In this document: piece after piece, positions 28,960 through 38,078 of the stretch
Position numbering within the stretch: position 1 is the first letter of the stretch
Layout: each line of letters starts with the position of its first letter
Assembly (NCBI GenBank): GCA_049700215.1
Contig: JBNAVT010000005.1
Location: 26,542 to 90,541 of the forward strand
Reading direction: 5' to 3'
DNA: 64,000 nt
DNA from: Thermoproteota archaeon
GTDB lineage: Archaea; Thermoproteota; EX4484-205; JAAOZP01
The notes under the pieces: generated by a model
The model's database searches: none
Seen by the model: the letters and a program-made list of their open reading frames with translations, nothing else
Told to the model about the DNA's origin: nothing
Translations under genes and position numbers: made by a program

Positions 28960-29003
28960 TACGAGTTATTTTTCCTGGCTTTCTCCATTCTATTATTTCC
29001 CTT
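28960..29003 (+). terminator. oligo-T-rich tract downstream of the Gfo/Idh/MocA gene (archaeal-type terminator candidate)
   Basis: taatacgagttatttttcctggctttctccattctattatttcccttttg contains several T4-T5 runs immediately after the stop codon. Confidence 0.25.
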
Positions 29004-30398
29004 TTGAATCAATCATCATGCTTGGAAACACTCTGTTCGAAAAACTGTACAGCATGCTCTTTCTTTAAGACATCTGTTCTAAAAAGTCGAACAACACGAT
29101 GTTTAACTAATATCACCAGGAGTTTTCTGTCAGCAATGGACAGAGGAAGATTATGGATAATTGGAGTAGCGCTCCTCGTTATTACTATGGTGCCACTCGC
29201 GGCGATGTTCTTTCCCTACCCGTATTCTCCAACTCAATCTCCCCAGGCAAACGAGGCTGGCTCAACGCCGCAGGGGATTCTGGAGGTCGTGAGGGCTAAT
29301 AATCAATTCGCCTTCAAGCTTTATTCCGAGTTAGTTAAAACCGAAATAGGTAATGTTTTCTACTCTCCTTACAGCATCTTCTCTGCTCTGGCAATGACGT
29401 ATGAGGGTGCTAGGGGAAAAACCGCGGATGAGATGGAAAACGTGTTCAACTTCCCAGAAAGCAGTGTGTTGAGGCCGAACTTTGCAGCGTTCTATAACCG
29501 TATTAATAGCGCTGTTGGAGAATATGAGTTGAGGACTGGAAACGCACTCTGGATTCAGAAGGACTACCCTTTTCTCGAGGAATATTTGAAGACTGTTGAA
29601 AAATACTACGGTGGGAGGGCTGCAGCCTTAGACTTTATTCATGGGGCTGAGAAGTCGCGTGAAACAATCAACGCCTTCATAGAGGAACAGACGAATCATA
29701 GGATTAAAGACTTGATCCCGCCTGGGGTTCTTGACAAGCTTACGCGGCTTGTTCTGACCAATGCTATCTACTTCAAAGGCGACTGGAAGATAGCGTTCAA
29801 CGAATCCCTAACCGTGGAAGAGGATTTCTGGATAACTCCTGACATAAGCGTAAAGGTTCAAATGATGCATATGCGTCCAAATGAAACAGTAAGGTTCAAC
29901 TACGCTGAGACGGGGGATTTGCGAATCCTAGAGCTGCCGTACAAGGGTGGGAATGTCTCGATGCTGATAATACTGCCGGAAAACATTGAGGCGGCAGAGG
30001 CATCGTTAACGGTGGAGAAGCTTGAAGAATATAAGGCTCGAATGAAGGAGGAGAGGCTGGACGAGATCTGCCTGCCGAAATTCGAGGTTGAAACCAAATA
30101 CTTTATGCGGGAGACTTTAAGCAACCTGGGAATGCCCACCGCGTTCACCAGGGAGGCGGATTTCTCAGGGATGACTGGCGGAAGAGACTTGTTTATCAGC
30201 CAGGTTATTCACCAAGCTTACGTTAAAGTTGATGAGAAGGGGGCTGAGGCTGCAGCCGCAACCGCTGTAGTCATGAAGCTAACCGCTGTACCGGAGGCTA
30301 AAGTCTTTAGGGCAGACCGCCCGTTCATCTTCATAATTCAGGATAAGGAAACAGGAGCCGTTCTCTTCATGGGAAGGATCAGCAATCCCACAGTGTGA
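29004..30398 (+). CDS. serpin (serine/cysteine protease inhibitor) with N-terminal membrane anchor; probable start at Met 29136
   Basis: Hydrophobic helix WIIGVALLVITMVPLAAMFF. Serpin core. Hinge and reactive-centre loop EKGAEAAAATAVVMKLTAVPEAKVFRADRPFIFII at approx. 30238-30330, with the conserved P17 E, P15 G and poly-Ala P12-P9. Confidence 0.85.
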   Translation: MNQSSCLETLCSKNCTACSFFKTSVLKSRTTRCLTNITRSFLSAMDRGRLWIIGVALLVITMVPLAAMFFPYPYSPTQSPQANEAGSTPQGILEVVRANNQFAFKLYSELVKTEIGNVFYSPYSIFSALAMTYEGARGKTADEMENVFNFPESSVLRPNFAAFYNRINSAVGEYELRTGNALWIQKDYPFLEEYLKTVEKYYGGRAAALDFIHGAEKSRETINAFIEEQTNHRIKDLIPPGVLDKLTRLVLTNAIYFKGDWKIAFNESLTVEEDFWITPDISVKVQMMHMRPNETVRFNYAETGDLRILELPYKGGNVSMLIILPENIEAAEASLTVEKLEEYKARMKEERLDEICLPKFEVETKYFMRETLSNLGMPTAFTREADFSGMTGGRDLFISQVIHQAYVKVDEKGAEAAAATAVVMKLTAVPEAKVFRADRPFIFIIQDKETGAVLFMGRISNPTV

Positions 30399-30432
30399 AA
30401 CCTAGGAAACCCGCTTTTTAAACTGTTCTAAA
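30399..30432 (+). terminator. oligo-T tract downstream of the serpin gene
   Basis: ...aacccgctttttaaactgttc... A T5 run sits 20 nt after the serpin stop. Confidence 0.25.
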
Positions 30433-30551
30433 TCTAGTGTGCCGAGCTGCACTGGCCAAAGTAGAGTGCCGTTTGGACTTGATTCTTCTCTAACTCTCTC
30501 GCCTTAATAGAGATTAAAGCTTTTCAACAGCCTCAAGCATATAGAGGGGGT

Positions 30552-31058
30552 TTGGGAAGACGAGGGAAGCATCTTTTAATACTGCTGGCGTCCGCTCCGG
30601 TTTTACTCTGGTTTCTAGCATCCTTTCTCAATAATGCTGGTTCAAGGGTTACTAAAGAGTTTCAAAAGATGGGTACTGCAAAAATCAGGATTGTTAACGA
30701 TGAGAACCAGGTTCTGGAGCTTGAGGTTAAGGTTGCGGATGAGCCTGACGAGCGTGCAGCAGGCTTCCAGAACATCAGCAGAAGTATCTTGGAGCAGACT
30801 CTGATACTTTTCGTTTTCCCCTATGAGGTTAAAGGATTGTTCCATATGCGTAATGTTGAGGCAAGCCTAGACATAGCTTTCATCAAGGCGGATGGAACAA
30901 TAGTGGGGGTCGTGCGCATGGATCCAAGCCCGACAAAGCTATATGGTGTGGATGAAAGCTTCAAATATGCTGTTGAAGCTCGTGCAGGGTTCTTTGAGGA
31001 GAAAGGAATAACACCCTGGAAATCCCGGCTGATCGTTGAATCAGTCCCAACAGGCTGA
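30552..31058 (+). CDS. DUF192 (COG1430) family protein with N-terminal signal/anchor
   Basis: ...KIRIVNDENQVLELEVKVADEPDERAAGFQNISRSIL...GMLFVF-like core ...LILFVFPYEVKGLFHMRNV...DIAFIKADGTIVGV matches DUF192. Confidence 0.65.
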   Translation: MGRRGKHLLILLASAPVLLWFLASFLNNAGSRVTKEFQKMGTAKIRIVNDENQVLELEVKVADEPDERAAGFQNISRSILEQTLILFVFPYEVKGLFHMRNVEASLDIAFIKADGTIVGVVRMDPSPTKLYGVDESFKYAVEARAGFFEEKGITPWKSRLIVESVPTG

Positions 31059-31183
31059 TCTGAAGAAAACCAGATATCTAATCAGAGGGAGTCAAACTAG
31101 CGTTATATGCTGTTTGGTTACTTCGTTTATAAACATTTTTCCAAGTCAATCCGGGCTGGATGTGATGTCTTTAAGCAATTTTA

Positions 31184-34100
31184 ATGAAAAAATTTTATAT
31201 GCGTCTGCCAACCATAGAAGAAGGAAGAAAATTGTTAAACAGGTATGTGAGAAATAAGGGGCTACTTGCCGCTCTAATTCTGCTCACACTCTGCTTTCCA
31301 GCTGTTTCTTCCTTGAGAAGAATGCCTACCATAATGGTTTCGGGAGCACAATATGGCGAAATAGAATTAAACATCGGTTGCGACAGCCCAAGCATAACGT
31401 ATCATCAGAAATACGTGGAGGTTAAACTGGATGGTTTTTATACTTCAGGAGAACCCGGTAACCCGGAGCTCCCCTGCAGGTTTTTAGACGTTTTGCTTCC
31501 GCCCGATGTGAACACGAGCTCTATCGATATAGATGTTCAACTGGATGAGAGCTATGAGATAAACGTGACGGCGGAAGTAATGCCGGCCCCGCCTTTAGCG
31601 AGCGATGAGACGGTGGAATGGGGTGCTGGCAAGGAAATACGTGGCGATAAGAATCATCTCGTATACGGTAGGGGAGAATATTACCCGGATAAGGTTGTGG
31701 AGATTTACCGGGTTTCCAATAGAGGAATATATGTTTTTGCAAGAATACGCTATAACCCAATACAATACAATCCGTTGAAAGGGGTGCTAAAGATACATGG
31801 GAATGTAGTATTCAAGATCACTTATAGGCTTACGGGTAAGCGGGCAGCCATTGTTAGAAACACGATGGTTGAAAAAATCGCTGAGAATCAATTTGTAAAC
31901 TGGAATAGTGCGAAAGAATGGTATTCACCGTCTTTTCAGGCATCGGGCTCCCAATACGATTACATCATAGTTACTACGAACGCGATAAAAACAGGGAGTG
32001 GCGAGCTGGACAATTACGTGAATTATCTTCAGAACACTAGGGGTTTCCGGGTGAAGGTTGTTACAGAGGATGACTACGGGTCTGCAGCCGGCCAGCAGAG
32101 GGCTGTAAACATTAGAAACTGGTTGAGGAACAATTATCTAGTAATGGGAGTAAAATACGTGCTTCTCATTGGTAACCCTGATCCTGACGACCCGAGCAAT
32201 CTGTCTGACTATTACGGTGATGTTCCGATGATGATGTGCTGGCCAAGGGTTCAGGGTTATAACGATGCTCCTACGGACTACTTTTACGCAGACCTTACCG
32301 GAAACTGGGATACTGACGGGGACGGTTACTACGGGGAGTATGGCCAAGATACGGGAGTGGACTTCACGCCGGAAGTGTATGTTGGAAGAATACCTGTTTA
32401 CGATAATGATTACGCTACGTTAGACAGGGTTCTTCGAAAGATGATGAGCTACGCGTTTTCAGGAACGGGTTGGAGAAGCAGGATAATGCTTCCGGTAGCC
32501 ATAAGCAACTATGCGAATGAGGATGGCAATGGCTGGCAAAGAACAGATGGGTTGGACCTGCCTAAAAATATTGTTGAAAATATTCTTCCACTAGGCTGGT
32601 CTCACTACGTGCTTTACGAGAGGGCTGGTCGAGACCCAGTGCCTGAGACCGCGCCCTACTATTCTGCACCACTGACAAGGGACAACGTGTTTAACGAGTG
32701 GAGGAAGAGCTACGGGGTAGTATTTTGGTTTGGCCATGGGGGCAACCAAGGAGCCTACAGAAAGTATTGGGGTTTCGATGATGGTGATAACGTACCCGAG
32801 TCCAGCGAGATGAGTTGGGCGTCATTCTTCAGCTCTTCCGACGCCCCTGGACTCAACGATTCCACCCCATCATTCACGTTTCAATGCTCCTGCAACAACG
32901 GATATCCGGAGGATGAGAATAATCTTGGCTATGCCCTGCTTAAAAACGGCGCGATAGCAACGGTTTCATCCTCAAGAGTAAGCTGGTACATAATTGGCTA
33001 CTGGAGGCCTAGAATGCTTGCGGACAATATTGAAATAGGTTATCGCTACGTTGAGAAATTGTTAAAGAGTAAGCTTAGCGCTGGTGTAGCTCTCTACGAA
33101 GCCAAGGGGATGCTGCCTCATAATGACAGTGTCTGGTGGATGAACATGTTCGACTTCAATCTTTACGGTGACCCAAGCATCTCGCTGTTCGATTCAATGT
33201 CGGCAATCATCTTAGACTCGGAACCGCAGGGATCGGGCTTAGTGAGGGTTGACGGTCAGCCTGTTACTACGCCTACTCTTTTCACCTGGGAAGTGGGCTC
33301 AACCCATTTGTTGGAGGCGGCTTCAACAATCGATTTTGGGAATGGTGTGAGGTGTGCTTGGTATAACTGGAGTGATGGAGGACCTCAGAACCGTAATTAC
33401 ACTGTTCCCGGCTGTAACACTACCTTGAAAGCCTTCTTCAAAAAACAGTATAACGTTACCTTTAACGTTACGCCACTGGGCTCTGGCACTGTTACACCCT
33501 CTTGTTCAGGCTGGTATGACGAGGGTTCAACAATACAAATATCTGCAACCCCGGGTCCTGACAGCGTCTTCAGAAACTGGTTCTCAGACACTTCGAAGAT
33601 AACCATAGCTGACCCCGGTTCGCCGGATACCACAGCTACTATAAACGGCCCAGGCACGGTGACGGCCAACTTCACTGTAACGGTTACAAGCCTAACGTTA
33701 AGAATGATAAACAGCACAGTTCAAGCGGGAGTGGTCAATCTAACCGTTAAAATAATATCGCCCAACAACATTACAGGTGCAGAGTATGCTGTCGACGACA
33801 CTAATTCTCCAACTCCTATACCTTCTCCAGTAGACGGCGAATGGGATTCGAGTATAGAGTTCATCAAGATAGGCTTAAACGGTTCAACTTATGCTGACGG
33901 GTACCATATTATCTACATAAGGGCTAATGACGGTGAAAGTACGAGTGATTGGTTTGCAATACGTTTTCATGTCAGGAGTTTGGTAAAGAGGTATAACCTT
34001 ATAGCCTTACTACTGACTCCGCCACCTGATTATTCTGCAAAGGAAGTTGCTGAAGCTATAGGACTAAACACGGTACTTGTTTCTAAATGGAATGCGGCCA

Positions 34101-34228
34101 GACAAAACTTCATAAATTACTTGACTAGCAGGCCCCGTCCTGAGGATGACTTTAATGTAGAACTGGGTTTTGGATATTTCGTCTATTTGGCATCTGATCA
34201 AAAGTTTGTGGAGGTTGAATGGAAATGA
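31184..34228 (+). CDS. large secreted gingipain-like (Peptidase_C25, clan CD) cysteine peptidase homolog with C-terminal Ig-like domains
   Basis: Signal/TM LLAALILLTLCFPAVSS. C25-type start YDYIIVTTNAIKTGSGELDNYVNYL. DYFYADLTGNWDTDGDGYYGE...PEVYVGRIPV. His-Gly VVFWFGHGG (His518, nt 32735-32737). Cys FTFQCSCNNG (Cys568, nt 32885-32887). Then GYALLKNGAIATVSSSRVS. Confidence 0.7.
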   Translation: MKKFYMRLPTIEEGRKLLNRYVRNKGLLAALILLTLCFPAVSSLRRMPTIMVSGAQYGEIELNIGCDSPSITYHQKYVEVKLDGFYTSGEPGNPELPCRFLDVLLPPDVNTSSIDIDVQLDESYEINVTAEVMPAPPLASDETVEWGAGKEIRGDKNHLVYGRGEYYPDKVVEIYRVSNRGIYVFARIRYNPIQYNPLKGVLKIHGNVVFKITYRLTGKRAAIVRNTMVEKIAENQFVNWNSAKEWYSPSFQASGSQYDYIIVTTNAIKTGSGELDNYVNYLQNTRGFRVKVVTEDDYGSAAGQQRAVNIRNWLRNNYLVMGVKYVLLIGNPDPDDPSNLSDYYGDVPMMMCWPRVQGYNDAPTDYFYADLTGNWDTDGDGYYGEYGQDTGVDFTPEVYVGRIPVYDNDYATLDRVLRKMMSYAFSGTGWRSRIMLPVAISNYANEDGNGWQRTDGLDLPKNIVENILPLGWSHYVLYERAGRDPVPETAPYYSAPLTRDNVFNEWRKSYGVVFWFGHGGNQGAYRKYWGFDDGDNVPESSEMSWASFFSSSDAPGLNDSTPSFTFQCSCNNGYPEDENNLGYALLKNGAIATVSSSRVSWYIIGYWRPRMLADNIEIGYRYVEKLLKSKLSAGVALYEAKGMLPHNDSVWWMNMFDFNLYGDPSISLFDSMSAIILDSEPQGSGLVRVDGQPVTTPTLFTWEVGSTHLLEAASTIDFGNGVRCAWYNWSDGGPQNRNYTVPGCNTTLKAFFKKQYNVTFNVTPLGSGTVTPSCSGWYDEGSTIQISATPGPDSVFRNWFSDTSKITIADPGSPDTTATINGPGTVTANFTVTVTSLTLRMINSTVQAGVVNLTVKIISPNNITGAEYAVDDTNSPTPIPSPVDGEWDSSIEFIKIGLNGSTYADGYHIIYIRANDGESTSDWFAIRFHVRSLVKRYNLIALLLTPPPDYSAKEVAEAIGLNTVLVSKWNAARQNFINYLTSRPRPEDDFNVELGFGYFVYLASDQKFVEVEWK

Positions 34229-36078
34229 AAAGGTTTTCTATTAAGCGTTTTACTTCGCTAGCCATCTTTCTAGTATTAATCGTCACAAGTGTAAATCTCT
34301 ATATTAGAGCTCAAGTTCCATTGGTCGTAGACGGGTACATTACCATGCCAGACGGGTCCCCGGCCGCAGGAGCCTCTGTAACCGTAATTGTTTCAGGCGG
34401 ACCTTCAGACTCCACCAGTTCTGGGGGTGATGGTTATTACCGGGTTGATCTTGTGGTTTCACCAGGAACCCACACCGTTACAGTTAGTGCATCAAAAGAC
34501 AGTTATTCTGGTTCAAATACAGGTTCTGGCGAGGCACATATTCAAGTGAACGTACGTCTTTCAGCAGCGCCCCCACCCCCACCTCCTCCACCTCCCCCAC
34601 CACCTTCGAGAAAGCAGGTCAGCATTCAGCTTACTGTTCCAAGCGAGGCTGCCGTTAACGCTAGTGTTAGGATGATTGGAAAAGTTAATCCGAGGGTTTC
34701 CTCGGTATACTTGAAGGTTAGGAATCCGAAAAATATTCTGGATGAATATCAGTTGCCGGTTGCCTCTAACGGAAGCTTTTCATTCGATTTGACGCCTACG
34801 CTTTTGGGCATTTACAAGGTTTCAGCGTATTTTCCTGGTGACTCGGAGTATGAGCCTGCTTCAACACCCGAGTACTCTCTCCGGGTGAAAGCAAGGTCGA
34901 TTCTTAATCTGACGATAAGCCCGACTGTGGTGGTTGCGGGAGCCGAGAACATCAGTATAAGTGGAGGCCTTTATCCTCCTAGTGCTCAAAACGTTTCACT
35001 ATACTATTCTTTAGACAACGCCTCCTGGATTCTTTTCGCCGAGCTGAATGCCACAACAGGGGTCTTCTCACTAGTTTGGGAGCCGAGGGTCTTCGGAGAT
35101 GTTTTCATAAAGGCGGAGTGGGCTGGCAATGAGACTTACACGGACTCCGTTGCATATGGAAGGTTTCAAACAGTGTTGCCAAGCGTATGCGCATTGCAAG
35201 CATGGGTTGAGAAGTCTCCGATTAAGATTGGAGAAGAAATACGTGTTAGCGGGGTTCTTATTGGTGCTACGGATCCTGAAACCGCTGTGTTGACGATGCT
35301 TGTCTACGAGAATGGGGAGGAGGTTGAAACCATTACTCTAAGGCCCTCGCAGGATGGGGGTTTCACCGCGTCCTTTAGGCCCGGGTCGCCGGGAGTGTAT
35401 GTGCTTCTTCTCGAAGCTAGCGGAGTAAAACTGTTGAAAGCCATCAACATTGTTACAGTGACAGTCCTAGGGGAGGTGGTGTTTAAAGCGGTTAATTCAA
35501 CGGGTGGCCTGCTGGATGAAGCAGTGGTAGAGTTGAAGCATAATGGTGAGGCAAGTTCAGAATCCGGAGAGTTGAGGGCCATCCTGAGTTTTGGAGAGTA
35601 CAGGGTCATAGTCAAGAAGCTTGGGGTTGAGGTGTTCAACGGTTCCCTAAGCCTGGCGAGTAACGGTGCTTTCCTGGGTTTCCAAGGCCAGAATGCAAGG
35701 TTTCCGCTCCCCCTATCTAGTGAGCCGTTAGTAATTGAATTAAAGACTAAAACCTATTCTCTAAGTGTTCATGTGGTTGATGAATTCGGCGATCCGATGG
35801 GAAACATCGAGGTCAAGATGGCTTCTCCGGTTTTTCAAGCCTCAGGGGTAACAGGTGCTGACGGCCGGGTTGTTTTCTCAAACATTCCCGCAGGAAACTA
35901 CACTGTCGACACTCGGTTTGAAAGCAGGAATTTGAACCTTATTAGAAACGAATCCATAACATTGAAAGGATCAGGGTTGAGCTTGAAGATCGTGCTCATT
36001 CTTCTTGCGGTTGCCCTACTAGTCTTAAGCTTGGCTGTTCTCCACTTTGCTGGAAAAAGGCTTTTTGCAAAGAAGTAG
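34219..36078 (+). CDS. cell-surface protein with CarboxypepD_reg-like/Ig-like beta-sandwich repeats, poly-Pro linker and C-terminal TM anchor
   Basis: N-terminal signal LAIFLVLIVTSVNLY. GYITMPDGSPAAGASVTVIV...GGDGYYRV. 12-residue PPPPPPPPPPPP run. C-terminus LKIVLILLAVALLVLSLAVLHFAGKRLFAKK (TM plus basic tail). The start overlaps the stop of the C25 gene. Confidence 0.65.
   Translation: MEMKRFSIKRFTSLAIFLVLIVTSVNLYIRAQVPLVVDGYITMPDGSPAAGASVTVIVSGGPSDSTSSGGDGYYRVDLVVSPGTHTVTVSASKDSYSGSNTGSGEAHIQVNVRLSAAPPPPPPPPPPPPSRKQVSIQLTVPSEAAVNASVRMIGKVNPRVSSVYLKVRNPKNILDEYQLPVASNGSFSFDLTPTLLGIYKVSAYFPGDSEYEPASTPEYSLRVKARSILNLTISPTVVVAGAENISISGGLYPPSAQNVSLYYSLDNASWILFAELNATTGVFSLVWEPRVFGDVFIKAEWAGNETYTDSVAYGRFQTVLPSVCALQAWVEKSPIKIGEEIRVSGVLIGATDPETAVLTMLVYENGEEVETITLRPSQDGGFTASFRPGSPGVYVLLLEASGVKLLKAINIVTVTVLGEVVFKAVNSTGGLLDEAVVELKHNGEASSESGELRAILSFGEYRVIVKKLGVEVFNGSLSLASNGAFLGFQGQNARFPLPLSSEPLVIELKTKTYSLSVHVVDEFGDPMGNIEVKMASPVFQASGVTGADGRVVFSNIPAGNYTVDTRFESRNLNLIRNESITLKGSGLSLKIVLILLAVALLVLSLAVLHFAGKRLFAKK
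34567..34608 (+). repeat. CCN codon tract encoding a poly-proline linker
   Basis: gcgcccccacccccacctcctccacctcccccaccaccttcg encodes APPPPPPPPPPPPS inside CDS 34219-36078. Confidence 0.9.
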
Positions 36079-36099
36079 GAAACAATTAAATCACAGCTG

Positions 36100-36486
36100 A
36101 TGCTGAATCTTTTAGTGGTGTGGATGAGGAGGGAAGGTAGCCTGTGGCTTGGCGCGTTCCTAGGGTTCATAATAAACTCTATCTTAGGCGCGTACTTTCC
36201 TGTTTTCGGCCCTTTTATCGGCGGCTTAATCGCCGGCTTAATAGCGGGGGGCGGGCCTGGTAGAGGTGCTCTCGCCGGGTTTCTAGCAGGAATATTCGGC
36301 GGAATAATCGCAACCATGCTTCTGATCATCGGTTTCGTCGGCGTCGGTGGGCTCCTCGCAGGGGCTCTCGGCGGATTGCTGGGTCTTATAGGAGGCCTGA
36401 TAGCTGGCGGTGCAATCATAGTTTCACTGGCATTCGGATCAATAATGTCGGTAATCGGGGGGGCTATTGGCGGGGTAGTAAGCTAG
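36100..36486 (+). CDS. small glycine-zipper-rich integral membrane protein
   Basis: 128 aa made almost entirely of GxxxG/GGxGG hydrophobic repeats (GGLIAGLIAGGGPGRGALAGFLAGIFGGIIATMLL...). About 4 TM segments. Only 22 nt downstream of the surface-protein gene. Confidence 0.5.
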   Translation: MLNLLVVWMRREGSLWLGAFLGFIINSILGAYFPVFGPFIGGLIAGLIAGGGPGRGALAGFLAGIFGGIIATMLLIIGFVGVGGLLAGALGGLLGLIGGLIAGGAIIVSLAFGSIMSVIGGAIGGVVS

Positions 36487-36530
36487 GATCACCAATGTTT
36501 TAATGAGTCTGGCCCAGGATTGAAAAAGTC

Positions 36531-38078
36531 TCAGTGCTCGCTTTCACGCCTGCTCTGCGGGCTTATCTCAATGTTCATGTTTATTCTCTTCGCAAACCTG
36601 TTAAGCTTCTTATTATACTTCTTGACAAGTATGGGTACGTCCTCCTTGTTCGCATAGAGAATAAGCCTGTCTCCTTCAATCCTGATGTCGAAGTCTGAGA
36701 TCTGGTTGCGCACTATTGCCTGTACTTCCTCCTTAAGCTTCTCCTCGTACCCTGTCTTCTTCTTGCGAACCGGGACTATGAAGGTTTGCTCTCCGAAGAC
36801 GTAGAGCTCGTACTCCGCCTCCCCTGTAAGGAAGTTTTTCACGACTATCGTCGGCCTAGCTAGGTCAGCGTTCCTCATCCCCTTAGGTATTTTCACGACC
36901 GTTTCAAGCGTGTATATTTTCGAAACCTCTCCCTCCTTCATAAATATGACTGTGTCAATGATAGATGGTATGAGGCCAAGGTCAGTCCTGCCGGTGAAGC
37001 GTTGAATAGCATCCATAGGTGTCGTAGCATGTATGACGCCAACCATCCCTATGCCCGCGAGCCTAAGGTCTATGAAAATGTTGAAGTCGTTAGTGTCTCT
37101 AAGCTCATCGTATATCGTGTAGTCCGGCCTGCTCAACAGTAGAACATCATGAAGCTCACTAGGCTCAGCCGCGGTCTTAGAATACTGCGTGACGTCAGGC
37201 GGGAGCTGAAGGTCTCTCGGGCTCTCTATCGTCTTAACAACCTTATTCATCGACCTGTAGAACTCTGCTAGAGCCTGGGCGAAAGTGGATTTCCCCATTC
37301 CCGGGGCCCCGGCTATGAGTATTCCTTCAGCTTGGGTTCTAAGCCTCTCGACAAGCTTGTCAGCCAAATAATACTCCTCCAGGCTTCTCTTAATGAGCGG
37401 TTTAACAGCGGTGATTTCAAGCCCGTCGGAGAAGGGTGGTCTAGTTATGACTATCCTGAGGTCTTTAAGCTGTATTATTGTCGAGCCCGACTTATCTATC
37501 TCTACGAATCCCTGGTTTGTAAGCTGAACTCTCTCCATCACGTCAGCTATTATGGATTCGAGCTCAGGCTTGCTGATGGGTTTCTCGCCCACATCCCTGT
37601 AAACCCATTTGCCGGGAACACCCTCCTTAGCCTTCGGTATCACATTCTCCTTAAGGTGTATCGACATTATGCCTGGTTTAAAGAACTCTTCAAGCTTAGC
37701 TCTTCCAACTGGGCTGAGGTAGATTGCTTCAATCCCCATTGCTGTCGCCGTCTTAGTTAAAACCGGGTCGCATGAGACAAGAGTGCCGCCAGTGCTCATC
37801 GCCAGGTCCCTCAGAACCGTTGAAACCTCTTCCGGAGTGTTTGAAGAGCCTATGAACTCGACTTCAAGCCCCCTCGCCGATGCTGCATCCTTAAGCGATT
37901 TTAAGCCGTTTAACCCTGTTTCATCCCCAAATCTTGCTTTTCTCTCAAACTCCGACACAATTGCCTTATGCACTATTATTCTTCCCGAAACCTCTCCTTT
38001 TTCAACCGCCCTGGTAGCTACTCCGGTAAGTATTGAAGCGGGGTCTAGAACATAGACTTTAACTGCATTATTACTCAT
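36531..38078 (-). CDS. PIN-domain + PhoH-like P-loop ATPase + KH-domain protein (conserved archaeal COG1855-type)
   Basis: N-terminal PIN ([12 protein letters not shown]...). Walker [12 protein letters not shown]-terminal KH-like ...[23 protein letters not shown].... Confidence 0.8.
   Translation of the reverse strand: MSNNAVKVYVLDPASILTGVATRAVEKGEVSGRIIVHKAIVSEFERKARFGDETGLNGLKSLKDAASARGLEVEFIGSSNTPEEVSTVLRDLAMSTGGTLVSCDPVLTKTATAMGIEAIYLSPVGRAKLEEFFKPGIMSIHLKENVIPKAKEGVPGKWVYRDVGEKPISKPELESIIADVMERVQLTNQGFVEIDKSGSTIIQLKDLRIVITRPPFSDGLEITAVKPLIKRSLEEYYLADKLVERLRTQAEGILIAGAPGMGKSTFAQALAEFYRSMNKVVKTIESPRDLQLPPDVTQYSKTAAEPSELHDVLLLSRPDYTIYDELRDTNDFNIFIDLRLAGIGMVGVIHATTPMDAIQRFTGRTDLGLIPSIIDTVIFMKEGEVSKIYTLETVVKIPKGMRNADLARPTIVVKNFLTGEAEYELYVFGEQTFIVPVRKKKTGYEEKLKEEVQAIVRNQISDFDIRIEGDRLILYANKEDVPILVKKYNKKLNRFAKRINMNIEISPQSRRESEH

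Noticed and set aside
34567-34608. CCN repeat tract considered as a possible microsatellite or CRISPR-like repeat
   Set aside because: It is in-frame within a CDS and encodes a poly-proline linker. There are no spacer/repeat periodicity and no cas genes. No CRISPR array exists in the window.
35898-36419. 173-aa minus-strand Pro/Ala/Arg-rich ORF
   Set aside because: Complement of the GGC/GCC-rich codons of the glycine-zipper protein and of the surface-protein C-terminus. A compositional shadow, not a gene.
36531-38078. PIN-domain ATPase considered as a toxin-antitoxin or defence module
   Set aside because: The architecture (PIN + PhoH-like ATPase + KH, 515 aa) matches the conserved housekeeping-type archaeal family rather than a VapC toxin. 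No small antitoxin partner gene is adjacent.
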